From the IMG/VR virus record IMGVR_UViG_3300017821_000056, positions 64,211 through 128,210 of that record: a stretch of 64,000 nt of DNA; one strand, 5' to 3'. Of this stretch, positions 1 to 9,347 are shown piece by piece. The notes beneath the pieces were generated by a model. It worked only from the letters and a program-made list of their open reading frames with translations. It was not told the DNA's origin and made no database searches. Position numbers and translations under genes: made by a program. Origin of the DNA: a virus (Duplodnaviria > Caudoviricetes). Every line of letters starts with the position of its first letter. Position 1 is the first letter of the stretch.

Positions 1-52
1 CCGGCCGCCATCCACGAGCAAGCTAGTTACGGCAAGGGGGGTGATGCCCCCT

Positions 53-1053
53 ATGTCGACGCCGCTGCCCCTGGGTCTTACTCCGTATATATCTCCTACG
101 ACCCTGCTCACGGCGCCGACATTATCGAAATTGGAATTGATTTTAGTTCGATACCTTCGGGCGACTACACCCAGCCTACGGAAAACTGGGCCGAGTGGTG
201 GAACATGACGGCCAGGGCCACGTCGCGTGTCGACGGCTATTGTTCCCAGGTCTTGCGTGCCACCATCGACACTGAGCCGCTGCACGGCCCGGACTACCGG
301 GTCACCGTGGGCCCCGCTGCGGGCGGATCGTACCCGACGCCGTACTGGGGGAACTCCGGGGCGCAGAACGCGCGGCTGATCCTGTCCCGGTGGCCGGTGC
401 TGCAGGTGACGAACGTGGCGACCTGCCCGAACTCGCTGTGGCCAAGGTCGTGGACGAACCTGCCGGCCGGGTACTACGAGCCCGAGGTGCCCACTCTCGG
501 CGTGTACGGCTCCATCTCCCCGGCCGGGTCCGCTGACGGGGGGCAGGCGATCCTGGTCGGCGGCGGGTACATCGACTGGTCTTACGGGCGTAACGGGTGG
601 GCGATCCTGGTCACCTATATCAACGGGTGGCCGCACTGCTCCCTCACCTCGGCTGTGGCGGCAGGGGCCACGTCGCTGCCGGTGAACGACTGCACCGGGT
701 GGGGGATAACGGACTACAACAGCGTCTTCACCGGGGCGACCGGCCGGATCGTGGACTCGGGCGCCCAGGAAGCCATCCACGTCACGGCCACGTCGGCGGC
801 GTCGGGGCCGGGGAACCTGACCCTCTCCTCGCCGCTGAATTTCGCCCACACCGCGCAGACGCTTGTCACTACCTTGCCGGCGTCGATCGAGCAGGCGTGC
901 ATCCTGTTCTGCGTCGCGGAGGCCCTGACGAGGGGGGCGACGACGACGACGATCCATGACATCGGCGGGCACGCGCAGTCCACCGGGGGGGACGTGGCAG
1001 GGCTGACAGCGGAGGCCGAGCTCTTGTGCCATCCGTTCCGCAGAACTGTATAA
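53..1053 (+). CDS. Head-to-tail adaptor-like virion protein; 5' end apparently split by an 11-nt TTA-initiated gap (122-132)
   Basis: GGGGGGTGA SD-like run, then ATG53 (MSTPLPLGLTPYISPTTLLTAPT). Coding resumes in the frame of ORF 205 at GGA133 (GIDFSSIP...). C-terminal ...LPASIEQACIL...AELLCHPFRR is adaptor-like; gene lies upstream of tail genes. Confidence 0.6.
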
Positions 1054-1094
1054 GTCTCGGTATGGAGTGGCGAGTCATTTTGCTACAGTGGGGC

Positions 1095-1808
1095 ATGGCA
1101 ACCTGCACAGCAGCCGATGACTGCGAGAAGCCCCCGTTCCGGCGCGGCTGGTGCTCCATGCACTACTCGCGATGGCAGCGGTACGGCGACTTCACCACCG
1201 TAAATAAGCCCGGCAACCCTCGGCAACTAGGCGACTGCCACCTCTGCGACAAGCCGGCTCTCGCCCGCGACATGTGCATCAAGCACTACACCCGCTGGCA
1301 GCGGTACGGCGACCCGACGGTTACGAAGCTAGATCGGGACCGCACGCCAGAGGAGCGCTTCTGGCCGCGCGTCAACAAGGACGGTCCAGTATCCGCTCAC
1401 CGGCCCGACCTCGGCCCGTGCTGGGTGTGGACCGGCGGCCTCGCAGAGGGCTACGGGATGTTCTGGCTCGACGGCCGCAACATCCACGCGCACATCGTGT
1501 CCTTCACTTGGGAGTACGGCGACATCCCCGAAGGCTGGGAGCGCGACCATCTCTGCCGCAACCGTGCATGCGTGCGACCTGACCATCTTGAAGCCGTAAC
1601 CCACTGGACAAACGTGGCGCGCGGCATCTCTCCGCACGGGCTGAACGCGGCCAAGACGAAGTGCCGTAACGGCCATGACTTCACGCCGGAAAACACGCGC
1701 GTGAATAGCAAGGGCCAGCGCGTTTGCATCGCCTGCGCTCGCGCAGCATGTTTGCGGTGGTACCACCGTCAGCGCCAGACGGAACCGGTGGCCGACGCCC
1801 TGTTCTAA
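1095..1808 (+). CDS. Free-standing HNH homing endonuclease
   Basis: CWVWTG...YG, DHLCRNRACVRPDHLEAVTHWTN, KCRNGH..CIAC; two N-terminal C..HY.RW.RYGD repeats; TACAGT -10 at 1084 suggests a leaderless start. Confidence 0.9.
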   Translation: MATCTAADDCEKPPFRRGWCSMHYSRWQRYGDFTTVNKPGNPRQLGDCHLCDKPALARDMCIKHYTRWQRYGDPTVTKLDRDRTPEERFWPRVNKDGPVSAHRPDLGPCWVWTGGLAEGYGMFWLDGRNIHAHIVSFTWEYGDIPEGWERDHLCRNRACVRPDHLEAVTHWTNVARGISPHGLNAAKTKCRNGHDFTPENTRVNSKGQRVCIACARAACLRWYHRQRQTEPVADALF

Positions 1809-1820
1809 CGCCCGGAGAAA

Positions 1821-1867
1821 CGGGACGCCCCTTGCGGTCACCCGGAGGCTCCTACGGGGCGTCCCGC
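1821..1867 (+). terminator. Stem-loop after HNH gene
   Basis: CGGGACGCCCC...GGGGCGTCCCG inverted repeat. Confidence 0.5.
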
Positions 1868-1919
1868 CTTCACTACTCCTGTCTCAAGGAGTGGTACCGA
1901 TTATGGCAGTCTTGGCAGC

Positions 1920-2285
1920 ATGACAACCATCCGCCTGCGCGGCATCGCCCACCGGGAGACTCCCGGGCGGTCCGGGCTCGACCCGACCACCATCGTGCCG
2001 GAAACCGTGCCCGTCTACGTTGAGTACGCAGGCACCGCCATCGGCACCGCGGCCCTGCGCCGCGACGACGACGACACGATCTGGGCAGACGCCACGGTGG
2101 AGGACGGCCCCTGGCGGGAAACCTGCCGGTTCTTCGGCATGTCGTTCCGCTGCGGCCACCTCGCAGAAGTGCCGGGCGCCGGGCTCGGGGAGGCTATCGC
2201 GGTATCGCTCACCGCTTCGGTTCTCAGCAACAAGCTCATCCCCGGCCACCGGCCGCCGTTCGAGGTCGCCGACGACGATTTTTTA
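1920..2285 (+). CDS. Hypothetical protein; apparent natural end at in-frame TTA 2283
   Basis: First half of ORF 1920..2768; composition changes abruptly after TTA; new SD and ATG at 2297/2307. Confidence 0.5.
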
Positions 2286-2306
2286 CAGGTCCCCTGGGAG
2301 GCTGCC

Positions 2307-2768
2307 ATGTCCTGCGGGAAGACGGTCACCCGGAGGCAGGCCAAAGCCCGCACCAGTTCCGCCCGCGCACACCAGGCCAGGCGAGCCGCTACTCCCTCCG
2401 CGAAAGCGGCGAAGGCCCGGTACCGGCAGCAGTCCTACGCCGCGTTCGTCCGCCAGCTGAGGCACTACTACCACGTCCGCCACCTCCAGCACGTCGCCCA
2501 CCAGGCCGCTGCGGCAGCGCAGGCCCCGCACCCGGCTAAGCGCCGGGCCGCCCGCGCAGCAGCCCGGCACGGCGTCACGTCGCGGATCCGGTGCAAGCAG
2601 AAGACCCGCAAGGCCGCGGTCGTCCGCAAGGGGCCGGCGAAGAAGAAGACGGCCCCGGCGAAGTCCAGGGCTGTCAAGGCGGCGGCAGGGAGAAGGGCAG
2701 CCCTTCCCTCTGCCGGGGTGCGCGCGGCACGGTCGGCACGGTCGGCGCGGGCGAGGCGGGGACGTTAG
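2307..2768 (+). CDS. Highly basic Arg/Lys/Ala-rich protein (histone-like composition)
   Basis: GGAGG 2297-2301 then ATG2307; almost no acidic residues. Confidence 0.55.
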   Translation: MSCGKTVTRRQAKARTSSARAHQARRAATPSAKAAKARYRQQSYAAFVRQLRHYYHVRHLQHVAHQAAAAAQAPHPAKRRAARAAARHGVTSRIRCKQKTRKAAVVRKGPAKKKTAPAKSRAVKAAAGRRAALPSAGVRAARSARSARARRGR

Positions 2769-3472
2769 GCAAACCTCGATCGGGCCGGAGTCGTTGCGAG
2801 CGGCAGTCCCGCACGCGCCTTGTCCTCCAAGGCGGCAAGCGTCATGTGCGCTTCCTCTGGCGTGGTGCCCCTGATGTGCACTGACCATCCGTACATGACC
2901 GGCTCCGGGTGGAGCAGGGTGGCTGCGGCATAGCGCGGCTGAATGCTCACCAACGGAGAGCCGGGCAGGTCGGCGCAATCCTCGTACGGGACCGTGTGCA
3001 GCGCGACCTGATAGCCGCCCTCGTGGAAGCCATCCACCGTGAGCACGGTGCTGATATCGATGACGGGATAGCGTGCCTTGCGGCGCTGCTGTGGCGGCTT
3101 CTGGCCCTTTTCTATGTAGCCGATCAGCGATTTGTCAGGCTTGTACGGCGGCGGTGCTGGCGGTTCGGGCCTCCACTCCCCGAGCCACTCCTTGCATGAG
3201 GCGTGAACGGGCCAGCTGAATATCTCCGCGAGGTCATCCGGGATCATCTGGTCCAGGTCGGTCATCCCGCACACGGGACAGGTCCGGAGCGTCTCCTCCG
3301 TCGCTGCAGAATCGCCTCGCGGGTACGGGCGGGACATGTCGCGCGGGACTCTCGGATCACCTGCCGGTTCTGGCAGCGCGGCCTTGTGCTGCTGCTGCGC
3401 GGGACGCACGAAGCTGCCATAGAAGGTCATCGCCACCGCAAGGAACGCGAGCGTCATCACGAGGAAGCTCAT
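2765..3472 (-). CDS. Hypothetical membrane-anchored protein, antisense within the structural module
   Basis: N-terminal hydrophobic helix, CPVC motif, fills the gap between + genes. Confidence 0.6.
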   Translation of the reverse strand: MSFLVMTLAFLAVAMTFYGSFVRPAQQQHKAALPEPAGDPRVPRDMSRPYPRGDSAATEETLRTCPVCGMTDLDQMIPDDLAEIFSWPVHASCKEWLGEWRPEPPAPPPYKPDKSLIGYIEKGQKPPQQRRKARYPVIDISTVLTVDGFHEGGYQVALHTVPYEDCADLPGSPLVSIQPRYAAATLLHPEPVMYGWSVHIRGTTPEEAHMTLAALEDKARAGLPLATTPARSRFA

Positions 3473-3505
3473 CCGCTCATCGTGGCACGAAGGGGCGGTG
3501 CCGCC

Positions 3506-4021
3506 GTGCCCCTGGTGTCGGTGCAGTCCTTCCTATTCTCACTGCTGGACCAGCTCCCGATGCCGTACGGCCTCCCCACGGCCAAGGCCTACGTCACGCC
3601 GCCGGACCCCAGGGTGCAGGCGAAGATCCCTGCGATCTACATCTGGCCCGCGGACGGCGATGAGAACCGCACCGAGCAGCTGGGCGGCACGGTCCCCCGC
3701 AACACGGGGCCGGGCACCTCGTCGGGCACCAAGGGGATCATGCACCGGTTCGACGTGTACCTGACGTGGTTCTCCGCCGGGGCCGGGGTGGATCAGGACC
3801 CGAAGTTCCCCGGCATGGTCGACGCGCTGATGTTCAAGCTGCGGACATCCCAGCCGAACCCGTACGCTGCGACCGACCCGAACACGGGCCTCACGTCAAC
3901 GATCTACAACGTCGGCGAGAATATGGTGTACCGTACCGGAATCGAAAGTACGGCCGATGAGCGCACGAAACGGTACGACGCGCTAATCCAGGTTGACGTC
4001 TGGGAGATCATCAACGCCTAG
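3506..4021 (+). CDS. Tail terminator/completion-like protein
   Basis: GTG3506 after AAGGGG; size, PAIYIWP motif and position upstream of the tail tube. Confidence 0.55.
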   Translation: MPLVSVQSFLFSLLDQLPMPYGLPTAKAYVTPPDPRVQAKIPAIYIWPADGDENRTEQLGGTVPRNTGPGTSSGTKGIMHRFDVYLTWFSAGAGVDQDPKFPGMVDALMFKLRTSQPNPYAATDPNTGLTSTIYNVGENMVYRTGIESTADERTKRYDALIQVDVWEIINA

Positions 4022-4350
4022 TCCGGCCGCCCATCGTCCGGCACCCACTCGAACCGCATCCCGTCCGGCAGCAGCAACCCGCTGAGCTCATCCGCGACCT
4101 CCTGCGCCCGGCCTGGAAGCGCGGCAGCGTGCGCCTCCAGCACGGCCCGCGCAGCGGCCTCTGCGGCGTTATAGGACCACCAGTTGATGGCCTTCCCGCG
4201 CCGGTAAGCGAACGTGATCGCGCGCCAGAACCGGACCCTCAGCGGGGGCGGCTCCAGTCCTGCTTCCCACGGCTTCAACCCGAACGCCGCGAGCGTCTGG
4301 CTCCGCAGTCTCGCCGCGAACTCCTCCTCGTCGCTGCCCATGACCGCCAT
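4018..4350 (-). CDS. Hypothetical protein
   Basis: MAVMGSDEEEFAARL... fills the gap with GC3-rich codons. Confidence 0.5.
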   Translation of the reverse strand: MAVMGSDEEEFAARLRSQTLAAFGLKPWEAGLEPPPLRVRFWRAITFAYRRGKAINWWSYNAAEAAARAVLEAHAAALPGRAQEVADELSGLLLPDGMRFEWVPDDGRPD

Positions 4351-4373
4351 TGTCCACGACACAGGAGGCTCTT

Positions 4374-4667
4374 GTGACGCGCGCTGTCTACACCGGCCAT
4401 GAGGCCCTGACCTTCCCCGGCTACATCGACCTGGAGTCCGGGCAGACCCTCCACGCCGAGCCGGGCGGGACGTACGACATCGCCCCGGCGTCAGGGAACG
4501 CGGGGGACGAGGTGCCTTTCCCGTGGTTCGTGGCCGCCGATGCCGGGGCGCAGGCCGCGGCGGAGGCCGCACGGGCGGCAGCGGAGGCTGAGCGGCTGGC
4601 CGCGGAGAACGCAGGGGACGGCGGGGAACCGGGCGGCGAACCCGGGCCCGGCGGCGAAGACATGTAA
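4374..4667 (+). CDS. Small hypothetical protein preceding the tail tube
   Basis: AGGAGG then GTG4374. Confidence 0.65.
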   Translation: MTRAVYTGHEALTFPGYIDLESGQTLHAEPGGTYDIAPASGNAGDEVPFPWFVAADAGAQAAAEAARAAAEAERLAAENAGDGGEPGGEPGPGGEDM

Positions 4668-4727
4668 CTCTCGTCATTCTGGCAGTACATCCCAGCGATT
4701 CGCCTGTAATGGCGAGAGAGGGGCCGT

Positions 4728-6119
4728 GTGAGCCTCGGAACGCCGAACATCTATCCGGGTGTGCTCACCTACATGGGCATCGCACGCGAGCTGACGGCCG
4801 GCACGCCGATCGTGCCCGTGATCACCCACCCGCTGAACCAGTCCGAGTTCGAGCCCGAGGACATGCCCCGCTTCCTCGATGACAAGGCCATCCGCGGATC
4901 GATGACGGACCTGTTCTATAAGACGCTCGGCGTCGAGTCGGCCACGTTCAGCCTGGGCGGCCCCAACTTCCTCGACACCCACGGCTATTTCTTCGACAAC
5001 GTGTTCGGGGACCTGTCCACGACGGGCACCGGCGCCCTGAACCCGGCCACGTTCAACTCGGCGCTCGCGGTCGGCGCGACCCAGGGAACCCTGTCCGCCG
5101 TCCCTCCCGCCCAGTACACGGCCGGGGCGGTCCTCCAGATCGGGACCGGGGCGACCACCGAAGTCGTCGTCATCGGCTCCACCGCCGCCTCCAACGTGGT
5201 CAACTTCGCGATCAGCTCGGGCGGGGAAGCGTACCCGCTGCGGTTCACCCACCCGACCGGCCCGACGGTGAGCACGGTCACATCCCCGTACACCCACAAG
5301 TGGGCCGCCCTCAACTCGGCGCTCGGCTACGGCGGCGCGTACGGGGCGCAGCCCCCCACGCACACCCTGACCGACGTGACGAACCTGGTCAACACGTTCA
5401 CCAGCGCCACCTACGGCACCGTCGCCACCTCCACCTACGGGGCGCGGCAGTACCCGAGCGCCGTCCTCAAGGACATCTCGTTCTCCGGGAACGCCGAGCA
5501 GCTCCTCAACATCCGGATGACCGGCGACTCGTGGCTGTCGGTGATCGCCGGGACCGCCGTCACCAACGTGACGACGAACAGCCGGCCCATCCCGAACTGG
5601 ACCGCCACCGTCGTCCTCGCGGGCAACACGATCAGCAGCAGCAACACCTACAACGGGGTCGGCGAGTTCAACGTCAGCGCCAAGCGCGCCACCCAGGTGT
5701 ACTGGACCGTCCAGGGCACCCAGACCCCGTACATCATCGCCCGCGGCCCGCTGACGATGGACGGCACCATCCAGTTCGACCCGTCGAACTCCGAGATGCC
5801 GCTGGACCTGATGCTGCTGAACAGCCAGGCGCCCCTGAGCATCTCGCTGACCAACGCGAACATCACGAACGCGGGCACCCCGTTCACGCTGACATTCACG
5901 ATGTCCCAGGCGGCGATGACCAAGTCCAAGATCATGCGGAACAAGGCTCTCCTGGGCTTCGGGAACACCATGGAAGCCGTTGCTAACTCAACGGATACGG
6001 GTGGTAGCGGAGGGTTGGGGCCGGGGACGATTACGCTCGTCAACAACACGGCCGTATACGCTCTGTCATCAGATGACTTCGATCTGTATCTGGCGGCGCG
6101 GCACCTGTCGGAGGTCTAG
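4728..6119 (+). CDS. Major tail tube protein (with inserted Thr/Gly-rich domain)
   Basis: YMGIARE...GTP, LDDKAIRGSM tube-like motifs; lies upstream of chaperone and tape measure. Confidence 0.8.
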   Translation: MSLGTPNIYPGVLTYMGIARELTAGTPIVPVITHPLNQSEFEPEDMPRFLDDKAIRGSMTDLFYKTLGVESATFSLGGPNFLDTHGYFFDNVFGDLSTTGTGALNPATFNSALAVGATQGTLSAVPPAQYTAGAVLQIGTGATTEVVVIGSTAASNVVNFAISSGGEAYPLRFTHPTGPTVSTVTSPYTHKWAALNSALGYGGAYGAQPPTHTLTDVTNLVNTFTSATYGTVATSTYGARQYPSAVLKDISFSGNAEQLLNIRMTGDSWLSVIAGTAVTNVTTNSRPIPNWTATVVLAGNTISSSNTYNGVGEFNVSAKRATQVYWTVQGTQTPYIIARGPLTMDGTIQFDPSNSEMPLDLMLLNSQAPLSISLTNANITNAGTPFTLTFTMSQAAMTKSKIMRNKALLGFGNTMEAVANSTDTGGSGGLGPGTITLVNNTAVYALSSDDFDLYLAARHLSEV

Positions 6120-6859
6120 CCGGCTTCTTGCTGGCGCTTTCGCTCGCGCATGCGCCGCTTGCGTTCTCGGGCAAGTTCTCGGACATGCTCCTGCTGCTCG
6201 GGACTCAGTTCCGAGACCTTCGGGATCAGTCCTTCTGCCTGCCGGCGGCGTTGCTGCTCGCGAGCGCGAGCGCGGCGCTTCTCAAGCTCATTGGGCGGCA
6301 GGTCGGCCGATGGTGTCCACACCTGCTTGCCTGTCGCTTTCCTCGCGTAGTACTGCTCCAGTCCGCGCTCGCGCTTGCAGGTCAGGCAGACCCGGCTCCC
6401 CTTGTTGTTGATCATGGTGTTCTCGGGCGTGTACTCATGACCCTGCGGGCACTCGGTGACATTCAACTGCCACGTAGTCCCGTGGCGGTGCTTGTCTCGC
6501 ATGTTCTCGGCATGGGTCCCGTAGATCAGGTTGCCGCCAGCGGCCACGGTCTCCGCTTCATCGCCGGGTGCCCAGCGGTTGTTGCCGGGGTTGCCGTCCA
6601 GGTGGCGGACTTCCTGCCCTTCGGGGCAGGGGCCGACGAACGCCTCCATGACGATCTTGTGGACCTGGCGGGGCTTCTGCTTGCCGTCTTTGGTCAGGGT
6701 GACCCAGTGGTATCCGTTCGCCTTGACAATGACGTGCTTGAGGATGCCGCCGCGGGTTGTTGCTCGCGGCTCGCTCCAGACGTCACCCCGGTCTGATACG
6801 CGGTACAGGCCCTCGTAGTCAGGTACCCAGGCCCAGCGTTCGGGCGTAACGTCATCCAT
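6116..6859 (-). CDS. NUMOD4-HNH homing endonuclease
   Basis: ERWAWVPDYEGLYRVSDRG (NUMOD4); VHKIVMEAFVGPCPEGQEVRHLDGNPGNN...NL; CPQGH..CLTC. Confidence 0.9.
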   Translation of the reverse strand: MDDVTPERWAWVPDYEGLYRVSDRGDVWSEPRATTRGGILKHVIVKANGYHWVTLTKDGKQKPRQVHKIVMEAFVGPCPEGQEVRHLDGNPGNNRWAPGDEAETVAAGGNLIYGTHAENMRDKHRHGTTWQLNVTECPQGHEYTPENTMINNKGSRVCLTCKRERGLEQYYARKATGKQVWTPSADLPPNELEKRRARAREQQRRRQAEGLIPKVSELSPEQQEHVRELARERKRRMRERKRQQEAG

Positions 6860-6890
6860 GTCGGAACCTCTCATCCAGGTTTCGGCCACG

Positions 6891-6941
6891 CCCCCGGACG
6901 ATTTGCACTCGTCGCGGGGGTCTTTTCGTGCCTACATTCTA
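6891..6941. promoter_or_regulatory. Hairpin (terminator-like on +) and TAGAAT -10 box (on -) upstream of the HNH gene
   Basis: CCCCCG-GACGA...TCGTC-G-CGGGGG then TCTTTT; ATTCTA at 6936-6941. Confidence 0.55.
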
Positions 6942-7010
6942 CCAGCTAGGAGCGGCGAATGGGCTTTGCCTCGCGGCATTCAGCCTCCCGCATAGGGGAG
7001 GTGATGCTTT

Positions 7011-8225
7011 ATGGCTAGGCTTATGTGGCACTCATGTGCTCCGTGGTCTGCCAGTTTAAAATGCGGATACGGAACCCAGACCGCGATCTGGACCCGGAAG
7101 CTCAAGGAAATGGGCCATGAGGTCCTGATCAGCAATTTCTGGGGACTGCATGGCTGTTCCCTGGAATGGAACGGCATCCCGGTGCTGCCCGCGTTCGGCG
7201 GGTCGTACTGCACCCCGTCGCTCGCCCAGCATGCGAAGCACGCGGACCCGGACCTGATCATCTGCCTGGGTGACATCTGGCCGATGGACCCGTCGCTGAT
7301 GGCCGGGCTGCCTTTGGCGCACTGGCTGCCGTCGGACTGCCGGCCGATGTCGATGGCGGACCGGGAGAAGGCGGAGGCGGCGGGGCCGCAGCTGATCGCG
7401 ATGTCCCGGTTCGGGGAGGCCCGGTTCCGGGCGGCCGGGTTCCGGGATGTCCGGTACGTGCCGCACGGCATCGACCTGGAGGCGTTCAGGCCGCCGGAGG
7501 ACCGGGACGCGCTCCGGAAGGCGGCGGGGCTGGACGGGGCGTTCGTGGTGGGCGCGAACATGGCCAACAATGACGCGATCCGCAAGGCATTGCCCGAGAT
7601 CATGCTGGCGTTCGCCCGGTTCCACTCCGACCATCCGGATGCGCTGCTGGCCCTGCACACGGGGGTGCACCAGGACGGCGGCCAGGACCTGGAGGCGATC
7701 GCGGAGAACCTGGGGATCACGGACCGGTGCAAGGTGGTGGACCAGTACCGGTACACGTCCGGGTTCGTCACCGAGGAGGACCTGCGCGGCTGGTACGGGA
7801 CGGTTGACGTGCTGTGCGCGGCGTCGTACGCGGAGGGGTTCGGGCTGCCGATCGTGGAAGCCCAGGCCGTCGGCTGCCCGGTGATCACGACGGCGTGCTC
7901 GAGCATGGAAGAGCTTAACCCGCTGGGGATCTCGGTGGACGGCTCGCCATTTTGGAATGGCGTCCATCGCGCCTGGTGGGTCCGCCCCGACGTCCGCGGG
8001 CTTTACGAGGCGTTCTGCCTGGCATACGAAAACCGCGACAGCGTGGACCGGGGGAAGCTGCGGGAGTTCGCGGCCGGCAACTACGAGGTGGGCCACGTGG
8101 CGGAAACGTACATGAAGCCCGTCGTCGATGAGCTTCTGGAAGTTATGGCACAGCGGCGCGGGAAGCGCCCGGAACTACAGGAAGCAGGCGCGGATGCGGA
8201 TAACGCTGCCGTCGAAGCAGGCTGA
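7011..8225 (+). CDS. GT-B (family 4-like) glycosyltransferase
   Basis: GYG near N-terminus, VPHGID, ASYAEGFGLPIVEAQAVGCPVI. Confidence 0.9.
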   Translation: MARLMWHSCAPWSASLKCGYGTQTAIWTRKLKEMGHEVLISNFWGLHGCSLEWNGIPVLPAFGGSYCTPSLAQHAKHADPDLIICLGDIWPMDPSLMAGLPLAHWLPSDCRPMSMADREKAEAAGPQLIAMSRFGEARFRAAGFRDVRYVPHGIDLEAFRPPEDRDALRKAAGLDGAFVVGANMANNDAIRKALPEIMLAFARFHSDHPDALLALHTGVHQDGGQDLEAIAENLGITDRCKVVDQYRYTSGFVTEEDLRGWYGTVDVLCAASYAEGFGLPIVEAQAVGCPVITTACSSMEELNPLGISVDGSPFWNGVHRAWWVRPDVRGLYEAFCLAYENRDSVDRGKLREFAAGNYEVGHVAETYMKPVVDELLEVMAQRRGKRPELQEAGADADNAAVEAG

Positions 8226-8801
8226 CGGGTCGGAGAACTGGGTCGAGGTGAAGGGGGCCGACGACTTCCTCGCCGCCGACCTGTTCGCCATGCACCGGGC
8301 GGTGCGGATCACCAACGACCCGACGGGGAAGACCAGCTACAGTCCTGCGGAGATGGCCGACGACCGGGTGAACGCGTTCCTCGGCGCGGCGATCACCGGG
8401 TGGTCGTTCCCGTCGCCGGTCCCTTCGCAGGCGAACGTAGCGGCGGCGGACGTGGTGATCGGCCGGGCGATGAAAGCCCGTGACTGGGCGGTGCTGCGGA
8501 ACAAGGTCCAGCCGCTGATGGACGAGCTCGAAGGCGCCGACAGCAGCGACGATGCCGGGGACCCAAAAGAGACATCGCCCGGTTCCTGATCTACCGGGCG
8601 AACCCGCAGGCCGACCCGGCCCGCGCCCCGGCGCTGCCGGACGGGTTCCCGGTGGTGATGTTCACGTACCGGATGTTCGCGGAACTGTACGGGTGGACGC
8701 CGGAGCAGGTGCGGTCGCTGCGGCGGGATGAGCTGTACTGGCTGCCGGTGACGGCGGAGGCGTTCCGGGAAGCGGCTGAGACGCTCGCAGGCAAGGATTG
8801 A
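8194..8801 (+). CDS. Tail assembly chaperone with -1 programmed frameshift (short form ends 8589)
   Basis: Slippery C CCA AAA at 8562-8568; -1 frame reads RDIARFL...LYGWTPEQVRSL...* to TGA 8799-8801. Confidence 0.8.
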
Positions 8802-8822
8802 GGACCGGGCCGGGGTGATCGC

Positions 8823-9305
8823 ATGGCCGTGACCCCGGAGCAGAACCTGGCGCATCTGGAGCAGGTGCGGCGCAGGGCCCGGTACGGTGCTACGGCGGCA
8901 GCGACGGCGATGGCGAAGTACGTCCGGGACCGGGCGCGCGACGATACCTTGCAGCGGACCCGGCACCAGAAAGGCGAATGGTACCGGCAGCGGCCCGGCG
9001 AGCCGCCCGCGCGGGCGTCGGGGGCGCTGATCCGGGACATGTTCTACAAGCCGGCGTCCGGGGGCCTGCGGGCCACGGCGCTGGCGGGGAACAAGTCCGA
9101 GTACGGGCGGATCCTCGAGTTCGGGTGCGTGATCGTCCCGGTGAACAGGAAGTTCATGCACTGGACGGACTCCGGCGGGTCCTGGTATCACACGATGCTG
9201 GTCGTCCCCGCGCACCCGTACCTGTCCACGACGACGGACGAGGCGATCGATGACGGGGAGCTTCAGCGGGCTGCGGTAGAGGCGTTCCGGGATTACGACC
9301 CCTGA
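8823..9305 (+). CDS. HK97 gp10-like neck/tail-completion protein
   Basis: PGEPPARASGAL, YGRILEFG, PAHPYL motifs. Confidence 0.7.
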   Translation: MAVTPEQNLAHLEQVRRRARYGATAAATAMAKYVRDRARDDTLQRTRHQKGEWYRQRPGEPPARASGALIRDMFYKPASGGLRATALAGNKSEYGRILEFGCVIVPVNRKFMHWTDSGGSWYHTMLVVPAHPYLSTTTDEAIDDGELQRAAVEAFRDYDP

Positions 9306-9347
9306 CCCTGACCTGCTCCTGCCACGGTGCCCGGATGGGGGTGAGCC

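Noticed and set aside
6060-7010. Group I intron around the NUMOD4-HNH gene
   Set aside because: I could not identify intron core elements or a downstream exon, and the HNH is antisense with its own promoter.
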